Source: an uncultured Syntrophaceae bacterium (GTDB lineage Bacteria > Desulfobacterota > SM23-61). Taken from it: a DNA stretch of 64,000 bases. The position numbers were made by a program, and so were the translations under genes. This document shows positions 47,650 to 55,554 of the stretch, piece by piece. Where the stretch lies: the NCBI GenBank assembly GCA_964484485.1, contig CAZAGD010000043.1:5660-69659 (forward strand), written 5' to 3'. Every line of letters begins with the position of its first letter. The first letter of the stretch is position 1. The notes beneath the pieces were generated by a model. That model was given only the letters and a program-made list of their open reading frames with translations. It had not been told where the DNA came from and searched no databases.

Positions 47650-48897
47650 ATGAATTTAAAAAATTTGCGGGTGAATGAGCATCGGCTACGTACATCCTTG
47701 GAAAAAATGGCGGAGATTGGCCAAACCCCCAAAGGGGGTGTACACCGCTTGGCCCTCTCGGATGAAGACCGCGAAGCCCGAAATTTGTTTGTCAATTGGC
47801 TCAAAGAATTGGGCTTAGAAATTATTATTGATGAGTTGGGAAATATATTTGGTCGCCGGCGCGGCGAACAAGACCATTTTCCTGCCGTGCTTATGGGGTC
47901 TCATTTAGACACTCAGCCGCAAGGGGGGAGGTTTGACGGAATCTTAGGAGTTTTAGGAGCTTTGGAAGTCATGCGTACCCTTCATGAAAACAAGATTAAT
48001 ACAGAGCGGCCTTTGGTCATCGTTGATTGGACCAATGAAGAAGGATCACGATTTTCCCCAGCCATGATGGGCTCGGGAGTTTGGACGGGAAAGTTGAACC
48101 GAGATTGGGTTTACAATAGAACGGATATAAAAGGAAAGAGCGTAGGGGAAGAGCTGGTCAGGATAGGTTATCGCGGTGAAAAAGAAGCTAAGAGTTTTCC
48201 GGTGCACGCTTATTTTGAATTGCACATAGAACAGGGACCCATTTTGGATAAAGAAGGCATCAAGATTGGAGTGCCGCGGGGGATCGTGGGCATAGTTTGG
48301 GCGGACCTTTTCGTGGAAGGGAGATCAAACCAAGTAGGGCCTACGCCCATGGAGGGAAGGAATGATGCCCTTTGTGCCGCGGCCGAAATGATTTTACAGG
48401 TGGAAAAATTGCCCCGAGATATGGGTGGAAATATGGTAGCTACCGTAGGAGAAATCCATAATTTACCTAATTCGCGCAATATTATTCCCGGGAAAGTGCG
48501 CTTTACAGTAGATATTCGTTCTTGGGATGATGAATTACTTAGGCGCGGAAAAGAGTATCTGCAGACCCAAGTCCAAAAAATTGCGGAGCGGCGGGGATGC
48601 GCTTTCCGCTGGGAAGATATCTGGATGATAAACCATACCCCGTTTGCGGAAGAATTGATCCAACTGGTAGAAAAGACGGCCACAGAACTGGGTTATTCTA
48701 CGAGAGAGATGGTCAGCGGCGCAGGACATGACGCCAGTTATTTAAGCCAAATAGCCCCGACCGCCATGATTTTTGTGCCCAGTATTGGGGGGCGGAGTCA
48801 TGTAGAAGTGGAAGAAACCAAGTGGGCTGACTGTGCAGCCGGAGCGAATGTCCTCTTGCATTGTGTCTTGCAAGCAGCAGCCGGAAGAGCAGAATGA
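47650..48897 (+). CDS. M20 Zn-dependent hydrolase (N-carbamoyl-amino acid / allantoate amidohydrolase family)
   Basis: GSHLDT, GG.FDG..GV, TNEEG.RF, ELHIEQGP, SGAGHDA, SH...E; start MNLKN after SD GGGGAGG. Confidence 0.88.
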   Translation: MNLKNLRVNEHRLRTSLEKMAEIGQTPKGGVHRLALSDEDREARNLFVNWLKELGLEIIIDELGNIFGRRRGEQDHFPAVLMGSHLDTQPQGGRFDGILGVLGALEVMRTLHENKINTERPLVIVDWTNEEGSRFSPAMMGSGVWTGKLNRDWVYNRTDIKGKSVGEELVRIGYRGEKEAKSFPVHAYFELHIEQGPILDKEGIKIGVPRGIVGIVWADLFVEGRSNQVGPTPMEGRNDALCAAAEMILQVEKLPRDMGGNMVATVGEIHNLPNSRNIIPGKVRFTVDIRSWDDELLRRGKEYLQTQVQKIAERRGCAFRWEDIWMINHTPFAEELIQLVEKTATELGYSTREMVSGAGHDASYLSQIAPTAMIFVPSIGGRSHVEVEETKWADCAAGANVLLHCVLQAAAGRAE

Positions 48898-48930
48898 ATT
48901 TCTGTTTTAAAAATTTTAAGAACAACACCC

Positions 48931-49222
48931 TTGACCGTCGATCAGTTTTTAAATTCCACGTTAATTCAGGCGGGAGGGAGAGAGACTCATTAAAATGAGG
49001 CACATATTCTTTCATAGGTACAGGCGGGGAAATAGACATTTATTTTAAAAGAAGGAAGCTATTATTTAAGTTTATCTGGCAGGACAAGTATGTCCCCGCC
49101 GTTCTTGGCGGAGAGAAGGTGAGTAAGAGAGGAATGGTCATTTCCCAGCCGATTTTAATTTCGCCTCTCCCCTCCCGCCTGTTTCCTGCTGGTGAGAATC
49201 ATTAAAACTGTTAGACGGTCAG
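48931..49222 (-). mobile_element. MITE family A, copy 6 (292 bp, full length)
   Basis: TTGACCGTCGATCAG...CTGTTAGACGGTCAG; flanks ACAACACCC / ATAACACCC; colinear with 24998-25291. Confidence 0.88.
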
Positions 49223-49255
49223 ATAACACCCCTAGTGATTCTCGAATTGCTTAAT

Positions 49256-49285
49256 TTGACATACCAATAATCATAGTGCTAACTT
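49256..49285 (+). promoter_or_regulatory. sigma70 promoter of miaB (possibly leaderless transcript)
   Basis: TTGACA-N18-TAACTT with extended TG; ATG starts 7 nt after the -10 hexamer; no SD. Confidence 0.5.
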
Positions 49286-49291
49286 TTAATT

Positions 49292-50626
49292 ATGCTGCCG
49301 AAAAAATTATTCCTAAAAACTTTTGGCTGCCAGATGAATGTTTATGATTCGCAAAGGATTCTGCAATTGCTCGCCCGGGAGAATTATATACTTGTTAATA
49401 ATCCGCGCGAGGCCGATTTAATTTTCTTGAATACCTGCACGGTGCGAGAAAAGCCAGCCCAAAAGGTGTATAGTATCCTGGGTCGTCTGCGGCCTTTAAA
49501 GAAAAAAAATCCGAATTTAATCATTGGAGTAGGGGGGTGCTTGGCGCAACAAGAAGGAGAAAATTTGCTGGCCAGGTTTGCCCAAGTGGATTTTGTTTTA
49601 GGGACCAAAGAATTTAACCGCCTCTTGGAAATTTTAAACATAATTGAGAAATCAAGGACGCGCCTGACGGCCACTGAGCTTAACGGCAGAATAGATCCGT
49701 ATGCCGAACTTCCTTTGGTGGGCGAACCAAATTCTGGGGCGACGGCCTTTGTGTCGATCATGCAGGGGTGCGATAATTTCTGCTCTTTCTGCATTGTCCC
49801 TTTGGTGCGAGGGCGAGAGGTTTCCCGGCCCAGCCGGGATATTTTAAAGGAAATTTCTTTATTAGCCCAAATAGGAGTTAAAGAAGTTACTTTATTAGGG
49901 CAAAATGTTAATTCTTATGGGAAAACCTCTCCTGGAGAATTAGATTTTGCAGGATTGCTTAGGGCAATTCAAGAAATCCCGGGAATAGAAAGAATTCGTT
50001 TCACTACTTCTCATCCCCGTGATCTTTCCGAGTCGCTCATCGAGTGCTTTGGTCAACTGTCCAAACTTTGTGAGCATATCCATTTGCCCTTACAATCTGG
50101 ATCTGACCGCATCCTTAAGCTAATGAACCGCGGCTATACCTTCCAGGAATACTTGCAGAAGGTTAAGAGGCTGCGCCAAGTCTGTCCCGATATAAGTATT
50201 ACCACCGACATGATCGTAGGTTTTCCCGGGGAAAAAGAAGAAGATTTTCAGGCCAGCTTAGAGGCGCTGGGTCTAATCGAGTTTGATGAGATGTTCTCTT
50301 TCAAATATGCCGATCGACCGGGGACAAAGGCCTCTTCTTTAGGTGCAAAGGTTCCCGAAGAAATTGGGGAGAGACGCTTAAGAGAATTGCAAACTTATCA
50401 AAAAAAGATTACGCAGCAAAAAAATAAAGCCTATGAAGGGAAAACCGTCCAAGTTTTAGTGGAGGGGAAGAGCAAAAATTGCCCGGAAGAAAGCACAGGA
50501 AGGACCCGGACAAATCGCATCGTTAATTTCCCAGGTATTTTTGCCCCAGGAAGGTTAGTGAATGTGAAAATAGTCCAGGCTTACGCCCACAGCTTGCGGG
50601 GAGAAGTCCAAGATCACTCCCTTTAA
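49292..50626 (+). CDS. miaB: tRNA-2-methylthio-N6-dimethylallyladenosine synthase
   Basis: TFGCQMNVYDS, NTCTVRE, QGCDNFCSFCIVP, TTSHP, C-terminal TRAM (GRTRTN). Confidence 0.96.
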   Translation: MLPKKLFLKTFGCQMNVYDSQRILQLLARENYILVNNPREADLIFLNTCTVREKPAQKVYSILGRLRPLKKKNPNLIIGVGGCLAQQEGENLLARFAQVDFVLGTKEFNRLLEILNIIEKSRTRLTATELNGRIDPYAELPLVGEPNSGATAFVSIMQGCDNFCSFCIVPLVRGREVSRPSRDILKEISLLAQIGVKEVTLLGQNVNSYGKTSPGELDFAGLLRAIQEIPGIERIRFTTSHPRDLSESLIECFGQLSKLCEHIHLPLQSGSDRILKLMNRGYTFQEYLQKVKRLRQVCPDISITTDMIVGFPGEKEEDFQASLEALGLIEFDEMFSFKYADRPGTKASSLGAKVPEEIGERRLRELQTYQKKITQQKNKAYEGKTVQVLVEGKSKNCPEESTGRTRTNRIVNFPGIFAPGRLVNVKIVQAYAHSLRGEVQDHSL

Positions 50627-50645
50627 TTAAGAAAGAGAAAAACAA

Positions 50646-51293
50646 ATGATAGATCTACATACCCACACCCTTTTTAGTGATGGAGAACTTTTACCTGCGG
50701 AATTAGTGAGAAGAGCCTTGGTTATTGGCTACCAAGCCATTGGCCTGACCGACCATGCGGACTCTTCCAATCTCGATTTAATCGTGCCTCGGCTAGTCGA
50801 GGTTTGCCGCGATTTAAATCGCTATTGGCCGATCAAAGTGATTCCTGGGGTGGAATTAACGCATTTGCCTCCAGAATTAATTGTTCCCTTAACTGGTCGG
50901 GCCAGGGCATTGGGGGCGCAAATCGTTGTAGTTCACGGTGAAACAATAGCCGAGCCTGTACCTCCAGGTACCAACCAGCAAGCTATTTTGGCCGGGGTAG
51001 ATATCTTAGCTCATCCAGGGTTAATATCTGCCGCAGAAGCGGCCTTGGCCAGAGAAAAAGGCGTTTTATTAGAAATTACTTCTCGCTCAGGGCATAGCTT
51101 AACCAATGGGCACGTGGCCCAGGTCGCTAAAGAAACAGGGGCCCATTTAATTTTAAACACTGATACCCATGCTCCTGGTGATCTCATCTCGGCCGAAAAA
51201 GCTTTGCGGGTTGTTTTGGGTGCAGGCTTGCCGGAAGATCATTTCCAAATAATGTTGGAGAATGCCCGCCGAATAATTGGCCGCGTGGGGTAG
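50646..51293 (+). CDS. PHP domain protein (histidinol-phosphatase-like)
   Basis: DLHTHT.FSDG, TDH, GVELTH, VHGET, LAHPG, NTDTH. Confidence 0.85.
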   Translation: MIDLHTHTLFSDGELLPAELVRRALVIGYQAIGLTDHADSSNLDLIVPRLVEVCRDLNRYWPIKVIPGVELTHLPPELIVPLTGRARALGAQIVVVHGETIAEPVPPGTNQQAILAGVDILAHPGLISAAEAALAREKGVLLEITSRSGHSLTNGHVAQVAKETGAHLILNTDTHAPGDLISAEKALRVVLGAGLPEDHFQIMLENARRIIGRVG

Positions 51294-51338
51294 TTTTAAA
51301 AAGAAATTTTTGCAATACCTCGGTGGAAAATATTAGCC

Positions 51339-52472
51339 TTAAAATCGAAATTCGGGCTTGATTTTGAAATCTATCATAGCCGTGTCTTTCTTTTCCCCGA
51401 TTTCTTCCATCTTGATCCGTAACCTTAAATCGTTGGCGCTGTCCGCATACGCCAGAGCATTATCGAAGTCTATAAGTTTTTTCTGGTAAAGGTCAAAGAT
51501 GGCCTGATCAAAAGTTTGCATCCCTTCCAATGTTCCTTCGGCCATAGCTTCTTTTAATTTGTCTACTTGGGCCTTATGGATCAAGTCCTTAACTCGGGGG
51601 GTATCCAAAAGAATTTCCACGGCGGCAACCCGATTGCCATTTATACTGGGAATTAAACGCTGGGAAATAATGGCCCGCAGATTTAAAGAGAGCTGTAAGT
51701 AAATTTGCTGATGCCTTTCGGGCGGGAAAAAGTTCATCACTCTCTCAATAGCCTGATTAGCATTGTTTGCATGAATGGTGGCCAAGCAGAGGTGACCAGT
51801 TTCCGCATAGTCAATGGCTGATTCCATGGTCTCGACATCGCGGATTTCCCCAATGAGGATGACATCTGGGGCCTGCCGCAAGGTATGTTTTAAAGCAGCG
51901 GCGTAACCGTGGGTATCAATACCTATCTCGCGCTGGGTAATGATGGACTTTTTATGCTCATGAATGAACTCAATGGGATCTTCGATGGTGACAATGTGTC
52001 CAGTAGCATTAGAATTTCGGTAATCAATTAAAGCGGCCAGAGTGGTTGATTTCCCTGAGCCAGTGCGACCAGCAACTAAAACCAGACCTCGTTTCGTCAT
52101 CGCAATTTCTTTAAAGATTTGGGGGAGGCCGAGGTCATCTATAGTCTTGATGTTGATTTTTATGTGGCGCATGACTAAGCCAAAGCATCCTCTTTGGCGG
52201 AAAATATTGACCCGGAAACGCCCCAGATTAGGATAGGAGATAGCTAAGTTCATCTCCCACCTTCGGGCGAAATAGGTTTTTTGGGTTTGGCTCATCAGGG
52301 ACATAGCCAATTGTTCGGTTTCTTCCGCGGTATATTTACGTGTTCCTCCGGGAACCACCACTCCTTCTACTCTATACATAGGAGGGCTGTCGACCGTAAT
52401 ATAAAGATCTGAAGCCTCTCGTCTAACCATCTCTTCCAATAATTCGCGGATATTCATAGTCATCGCCTTCAC
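51339..52472 (-). CDS. pilU: Type IV pilus retraction ATPase, PilU-like
   Basis: GRTGSGKSTT, LRQAPDVILIGEIRD, GMQTFDQAIF; lacks AIRNLIRE; immediately downstream of pilT. Confidence 0.8.
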   Translation of the reverse strand: MKAMTMNIRELLEEMVRREASDLYITVDSPPMYRVEGVVVPGGTRKYTAEETEQLAMSLMSQTQKTYFARRWEMNLAISYPNLGRFRVNIFRQRGCFGLVMRHIKINIKTIDDLGLPQIFKEIAMTKRGLVLVAGRTGSGKSTTLAALIDYRNSNATGHIVTIEDPIEFIHEHKKSIITQREIGIDTHGYAAALKHTLRQAPDVILIGEIRDVETMESAIDYAETGHLCLATIHANNANQAIERVMNFFPPERHQQIYLQLSLNLRAIISQRLIPSINGNRVAAVEILLDTPRVKDLIHKAQVDKLKEAMAEGTLEGMQTFDQAIFDLYQKKLIDFDNALAYADSANDLRLRIKMEEIGEKKDTAMIDFKIKPEFRF

Positions 52473-52476
52473 CTCC

Positions 52477-53520
52477 TTAAGTGTTAAAGATATTCGGATT
52501 GGTGGCTAAATAGAGGCATTGTTCTTTGTCTACAATACCCCGGGTTACTAAATCTTTCAAGGATTGGTCCAGGCTAATCATCCCGTACTTTTGGCCCGTT
52601 TGAATGGCGGAGGGGAGCTGAGCCACTTTCCCCTCACGGATAAGGTTGCGCACAGCGGGCGTACCGATCATTATCTCTACGGCAGGAACGAGACCCCGCC
52701 CATCCCGCCTCTTCAAAAGGACTTGAGAAATAATGGCTTGGATGGATTCGGCAAATTGGGCTCGTACCTGTTCTTGTTGATGAGCAGGAAAAACATCGAT
52801 AATGCGATCTATGGTTTTGGCCGCGCCGCTTGTATGAACTGTGGATAGGACTAAGTGGCCAGTTTCGGCGGCCGTTAGGGCTAAAGAAATGGTTTCTAAG
52901 TCCCGCATTTCACCGACCAGGATTATATCAGGGTCTTCGCGCAGAGCGCTGCGCAGCGCATTGGCAAAACTATGGGTATGAGCTCCTATCTCCCTTTGGC
53001 TGATCAAACATTTTTTAGATTCGTGCACAAATTCAATCGGATCTTCAATAGTGATAATATGCCCCCGCCAAGTATTGTTTATGATGTCAATCATGGCCGC
53101 TAGGGTGGTTGATTTACCACTACCAGTAGGGCCAGTTACTAAAATTAGGCCTTTTTCATTTTTTACCACTTCCCGCAATTGGCGCGGCAAACCAAGTTGC
53201 TCTAAGGTCATAATCTTAGAAGGAATTACGCGAAAGACTATGCTATCCCCCCGAGCCTGACGAAAAGCGTTGACCCGGTAGCGAGCTACGCCTTTTAATT
53301 CCAAAGAGAAATCTAACTCATGCATTTCTTCAAATTTTTTCCGCTGCTGGTCGTTGAGGACGTCATAGAGCATCTTGTGAATTTCTTCGCGGCTAAGAGG
53401 TGGCATTTCAATCCTTTTCATCTCCCCATGGATGCGCACCATGGGTGATTCGCCAGCACTCAGATGTAGATCAGAAGCATTCTCCTTTTGGACAAAAATT
53501 AAAAGTTCCGAAATATCCAT
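52477..53520 (-). CDS. pilT: Type IV pilus retraction ATPase PilT
   Basis: GPTGSGKSTT, LREDPDIILVGEMRD, AVRNLIRE motif. Confidence 0.93.
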   Translation of the reverse strand: MDISELLIFVQKENASDLHLSAGESPMVRIHGEMKRIEMPPLSREEIHKMLYDVLNDQQRKKFEEMHELDFSLELKGVARYRVNAFRQARGDSIVFRVIPSKIMTLEQLGLPRQLREVVKNEKGLILVTGPTGSGKSTTLAAMIDIINNTWRGHIITIEDPIEFVHESKKCLISQREIGAHTHSFANALRSALREDPDIILVGEMRDLETISLALTAAETGHLVLSTVHTSGAAKTIDRIIDVFPAHQQEQVRAQFAESIQAIISQVLLKRRDGRGLVPAVEIMIGTPAVRNLIREGKVAQLPSAIQTGQKYGMISLDQSLKDLVTRGIVDKEQCLYLATNPNIFNT

Positions 53521-53602
53521 TTTTCACCTTTCTTTCCCAATTCTTGGTTAATTAGTGACCTTAAAATTTATATGTCAAGTGTTTATACCGGACTCAAAAG
53601 AT

Positions 53603-53630
53603 TTATCGGCAAAGAAATAAAGAAACTTCA
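53603..53630 (-). promoter_or_regulatory. Putative sigma28-like promoter of pilT-pilU
   Basis: Minus strand TGAAGTTT-N12-GCCGATAA versus FliA consensus TAAAGTTT-N11-GCCGATAA. Confidence 0.55.
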
Positions 53631-53662
53631 CTCAATATCTATATTTATAGCTTACTTATTTA

Positions 53663-53687
53663 AGCCAGGGTAAAGCCCTTTCCCTAC
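53663..53687 (-). repeat. Family B REP-like element
   Basis: Minus strand GTAG-GGAAAGGG-CTTTA-CCCTGGCT. Confidence 0.6.
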
Positions 53688-53716
53688 GGGCAAATATGGA
53701 ATAAATGATGATAAAT

Positions 53717-53751
53717 TGGAATAATGGAATAATGGAATATTGGAATAATGG
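53717..53751 (+). repeat. 8-bp tandem repeat TGGAATA(A/T) x4
   Basis: TGGAATAA-TGGAATAA-TGGAATAT-TGGAATAA-TGG; related degenerate tract at ~53878-53913. Confidence 0.75.
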
Positions 53752-53921
53752 GGAAGGGAGCGAAGCGGGGAGCAAGGAGCAGGGCGCAGGGCGAATAAAA
53801 GTGCTGCAGTTGGGTAGCGGGACAATTAAAGGCCAAGCGGAAAGCGCAGCGAGTTAGTGTTGAATGTTAAAAGAAAGGGAATGATAGAATATTCGAATGG
53901 TGGAATATTGGGGTGAATCGT

Positions 53922-53994
53922 AATCCCTCCCCACCTCCCTTTAAAAAAGGGAGGATCAACTCCCCTCTTTTTTAAAGAGGGGACGGGGGAGATT
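53922..53994. repeat. Family D double hairpin
   Basis: CCTCCCTT/AAGGGAGG and CCCCTCTTT/AAAGAGGGG stems inside outer AATCCCTCCCC...GGGGAGATT. Confidence 0.7.
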
Positions 53995-54106
53995 ATAGAA
54001 CGCAGATTATCGCTGATTTTCAGGATTAAAAATAATTATTTAAAAATTTTTTCTCTATACTACATACTTGCAAACCCTTTAAATTTTATTAAGTAAAAAG
54101 ATGACT

Positions 54107-54315
54107 CTCCCAGAGCTCGCCGAGCGCCCGGAGAAAGAAATGAATAAAATTATTAAAAAATGTTAAAGAAAAAATATAGAATAACGGAAAATTGGGTTAA
54201 TATTCTCTTTATTTTTTTTCTCTTTTTGGCAAATAATTCATCTCTGTGTGCTCTGGGCCCTCTTTGGCTTATAACTAAAAATTTCTCTGCGTCCTCGGCG
54301 CCCTTGGCGGTGAAA
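54107..54315. repeat. Family E inverted repeat arms around an AT-rich spacer
   Basis: CTCCCAGAGCTCGCCGAGCGCCCGGAGAAAG facing TCTCTGTGTGCTCTGGG and TTTCTCTGCGTCCTCGGCGCCCTTGGCGGTGAAA. Confidence 0.45.
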
Positions 54316-54345
54316 CATTTTAGCATTTATGGCTGTCCGTTCTGC

Positions 54346-54460
54346 GGCAAGGGCCAAGCCTTTGCCCTACGAAACTTCGCGATAAATTTTTATTAATCTT
54401 CGGAAGGCAAGGCTTTGGGGCTGTGACCTCTTTTCAGCAGGGGATGAACCCTTGCCCTAC
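54346..54460. repeat. Family B REP cluster (2 clear copies + 1 degenerate)
   Basis: 54346-54370(-) GTAGGGCAAAGGCTTGGCCCTTGCC; 54436-54460(-) GTAGGGCAAGGGTTCATCCCCTGCT; degenerate + strand copy ~54402-54428. Confidence 0.75.
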
Positions 54461-54603
54461 GCCTTACTACGTTGCTTAATGTGCTATTTAAAACCTTATA
54501 TAAAAAATGGCTAAATGCCTTAAAAGTTATTATTTTCGGAATTGCAGCCGAAAAATTAAACCTTTCATCCTTCAGAGAGGTATTATGGACAAGAACAAAA
54601 AAA

Positions 54604-54631
54604 TTGCAAAAAGAAATTGATGTGTTAGAAT
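54604..54631 (+). promoter_or_regulatory. sigma70 promoter of xerD
   Basis: TTGCAA-N16-TAGAAT with extended TG; start codon 7-10 nt downstream. Confidence 0.5.
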
Positions 54632-54637
54632 AAATTT

Positions 54638-55552
54638 TTGATGACTGAGGAGATTAAAAAAAACTTGGACTATTGGCTAGACAGTTATCTGCATTATTTG
54701 GCCGTGGAAAAAGGATTGAGCCCCCATACCCTAGAGGCTTATGCCCATGACTTGCAGGGATATGCTCTTTTTCTAAGAGACCAAGGGGGAGAATTGTGGA
54801 AAATAAACTCCTTGGAGGGAATGAGAAAATATTTCCAGGAGTTACGTTCCCGAGGCATTTCTCCTCGTAGTCAAGCGCGGATTCTTTCCGCTTTGAGGGG
54901 GTTTTATAAATTTTTAGTTCGGGAGCAGGCCTTGGCTGAGAACCCGCTGCAGCAATTGCCTACCCCCAAAATTACCCCCCACCTTCCCGAGATACTCAAT
55001 GCTCAAGAAATAGAAAAACTTTTGGATCAGCCCAACCGCCAAAATTCTTTAGGGATTCGCGATCGGGCCATGTTAGAGCTTTTATATGCCACGGGTCTGC
55101 GCGTCTCCGAATTAATTCATCTCACCTTGAATGATGTCAATTTAGATTTAGGCTATGTGCGCACTAAAGGGAAAGGGGGGAAAGAGCGAATTGTCCCTTT
55201 AGGCGGAGAAGCTCGGCGAGCCCTTTTAGAATACCTCCAAGGCCCTCGCCGGCAGGCCCAAGAGAAAGATGGGGAGGCTACTTTATTTTTGGGAAAGAGA
55301 GGGAAGGGTATTTCGCGCCAGGGATTCTGGAAAATAATTAAAAAACATGCTTGGGCCGCGGGGATAAACAAAAGAATCACTCCGCATATGCTACGCCATT
55401 CTTTCGCTACCCATCTTTTAGAAAGAGGTGCCGACCTTCGTTCTGTACAATCAATGTTGGGACATGCCAATATCGCCACTACGCAAATTTACACCCATGT
55501 GTCCCGGGAGCATTTAAAACTAATCCACCGTAAATATCATCCCCGGGGTTAA
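54638..55552 (+). CDS. xerD: Site-specific tyrosine recombinase XerD
   Basis: VEKGLSPHTLEAY, RDRAMLELLYATGLRVSELI, TPHMLRHSFATHLLE.GADLRSVQ.MLGH...TTQIYTHV, HPRG. Confidence 0.92.
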   Translation: MMTEEIKKNLDYWLDSYLHYLAVEKGLSPHTLEAYAHDLQGYALFLRDQGGELWKINSLEGMRKYFQELRSRGISPRSQARILSALRGFYKFLVREQALAENPLQQLPTPKITPHLPEILNAQEIEKLLDQPNRQNSLGIRDRAMLELLYATGLRVSELIHLTLNDVNLDLGYVRTKGKGGKERIVPLGGEARRALLEYLQGPRRQAQEKDGEATLFLGKRGKGISRQGFWKIIKKHAWAAGINKRITPHMLRHSFATHLLERGADLRSVQSMLGHANIATTQIYTHVSREHLKLIHRKYHPRG

Positions 55553-55554
55553 AA

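Noticed and set aside
54160-54396. 78-aa ORF in the pilT-xerD spacer
   Set aside because: Runs through repeat arms and low-complexity AT sequence; no SD or motif.
54638-55552. Tyrosine recombinase as a prophage or island integrase
   Set aside because: Sequence and context (xerD-CBS nucleotidyltransferase-trpS-scpAB) fit housekeeping XerD; no phage genes or att repeats seen.
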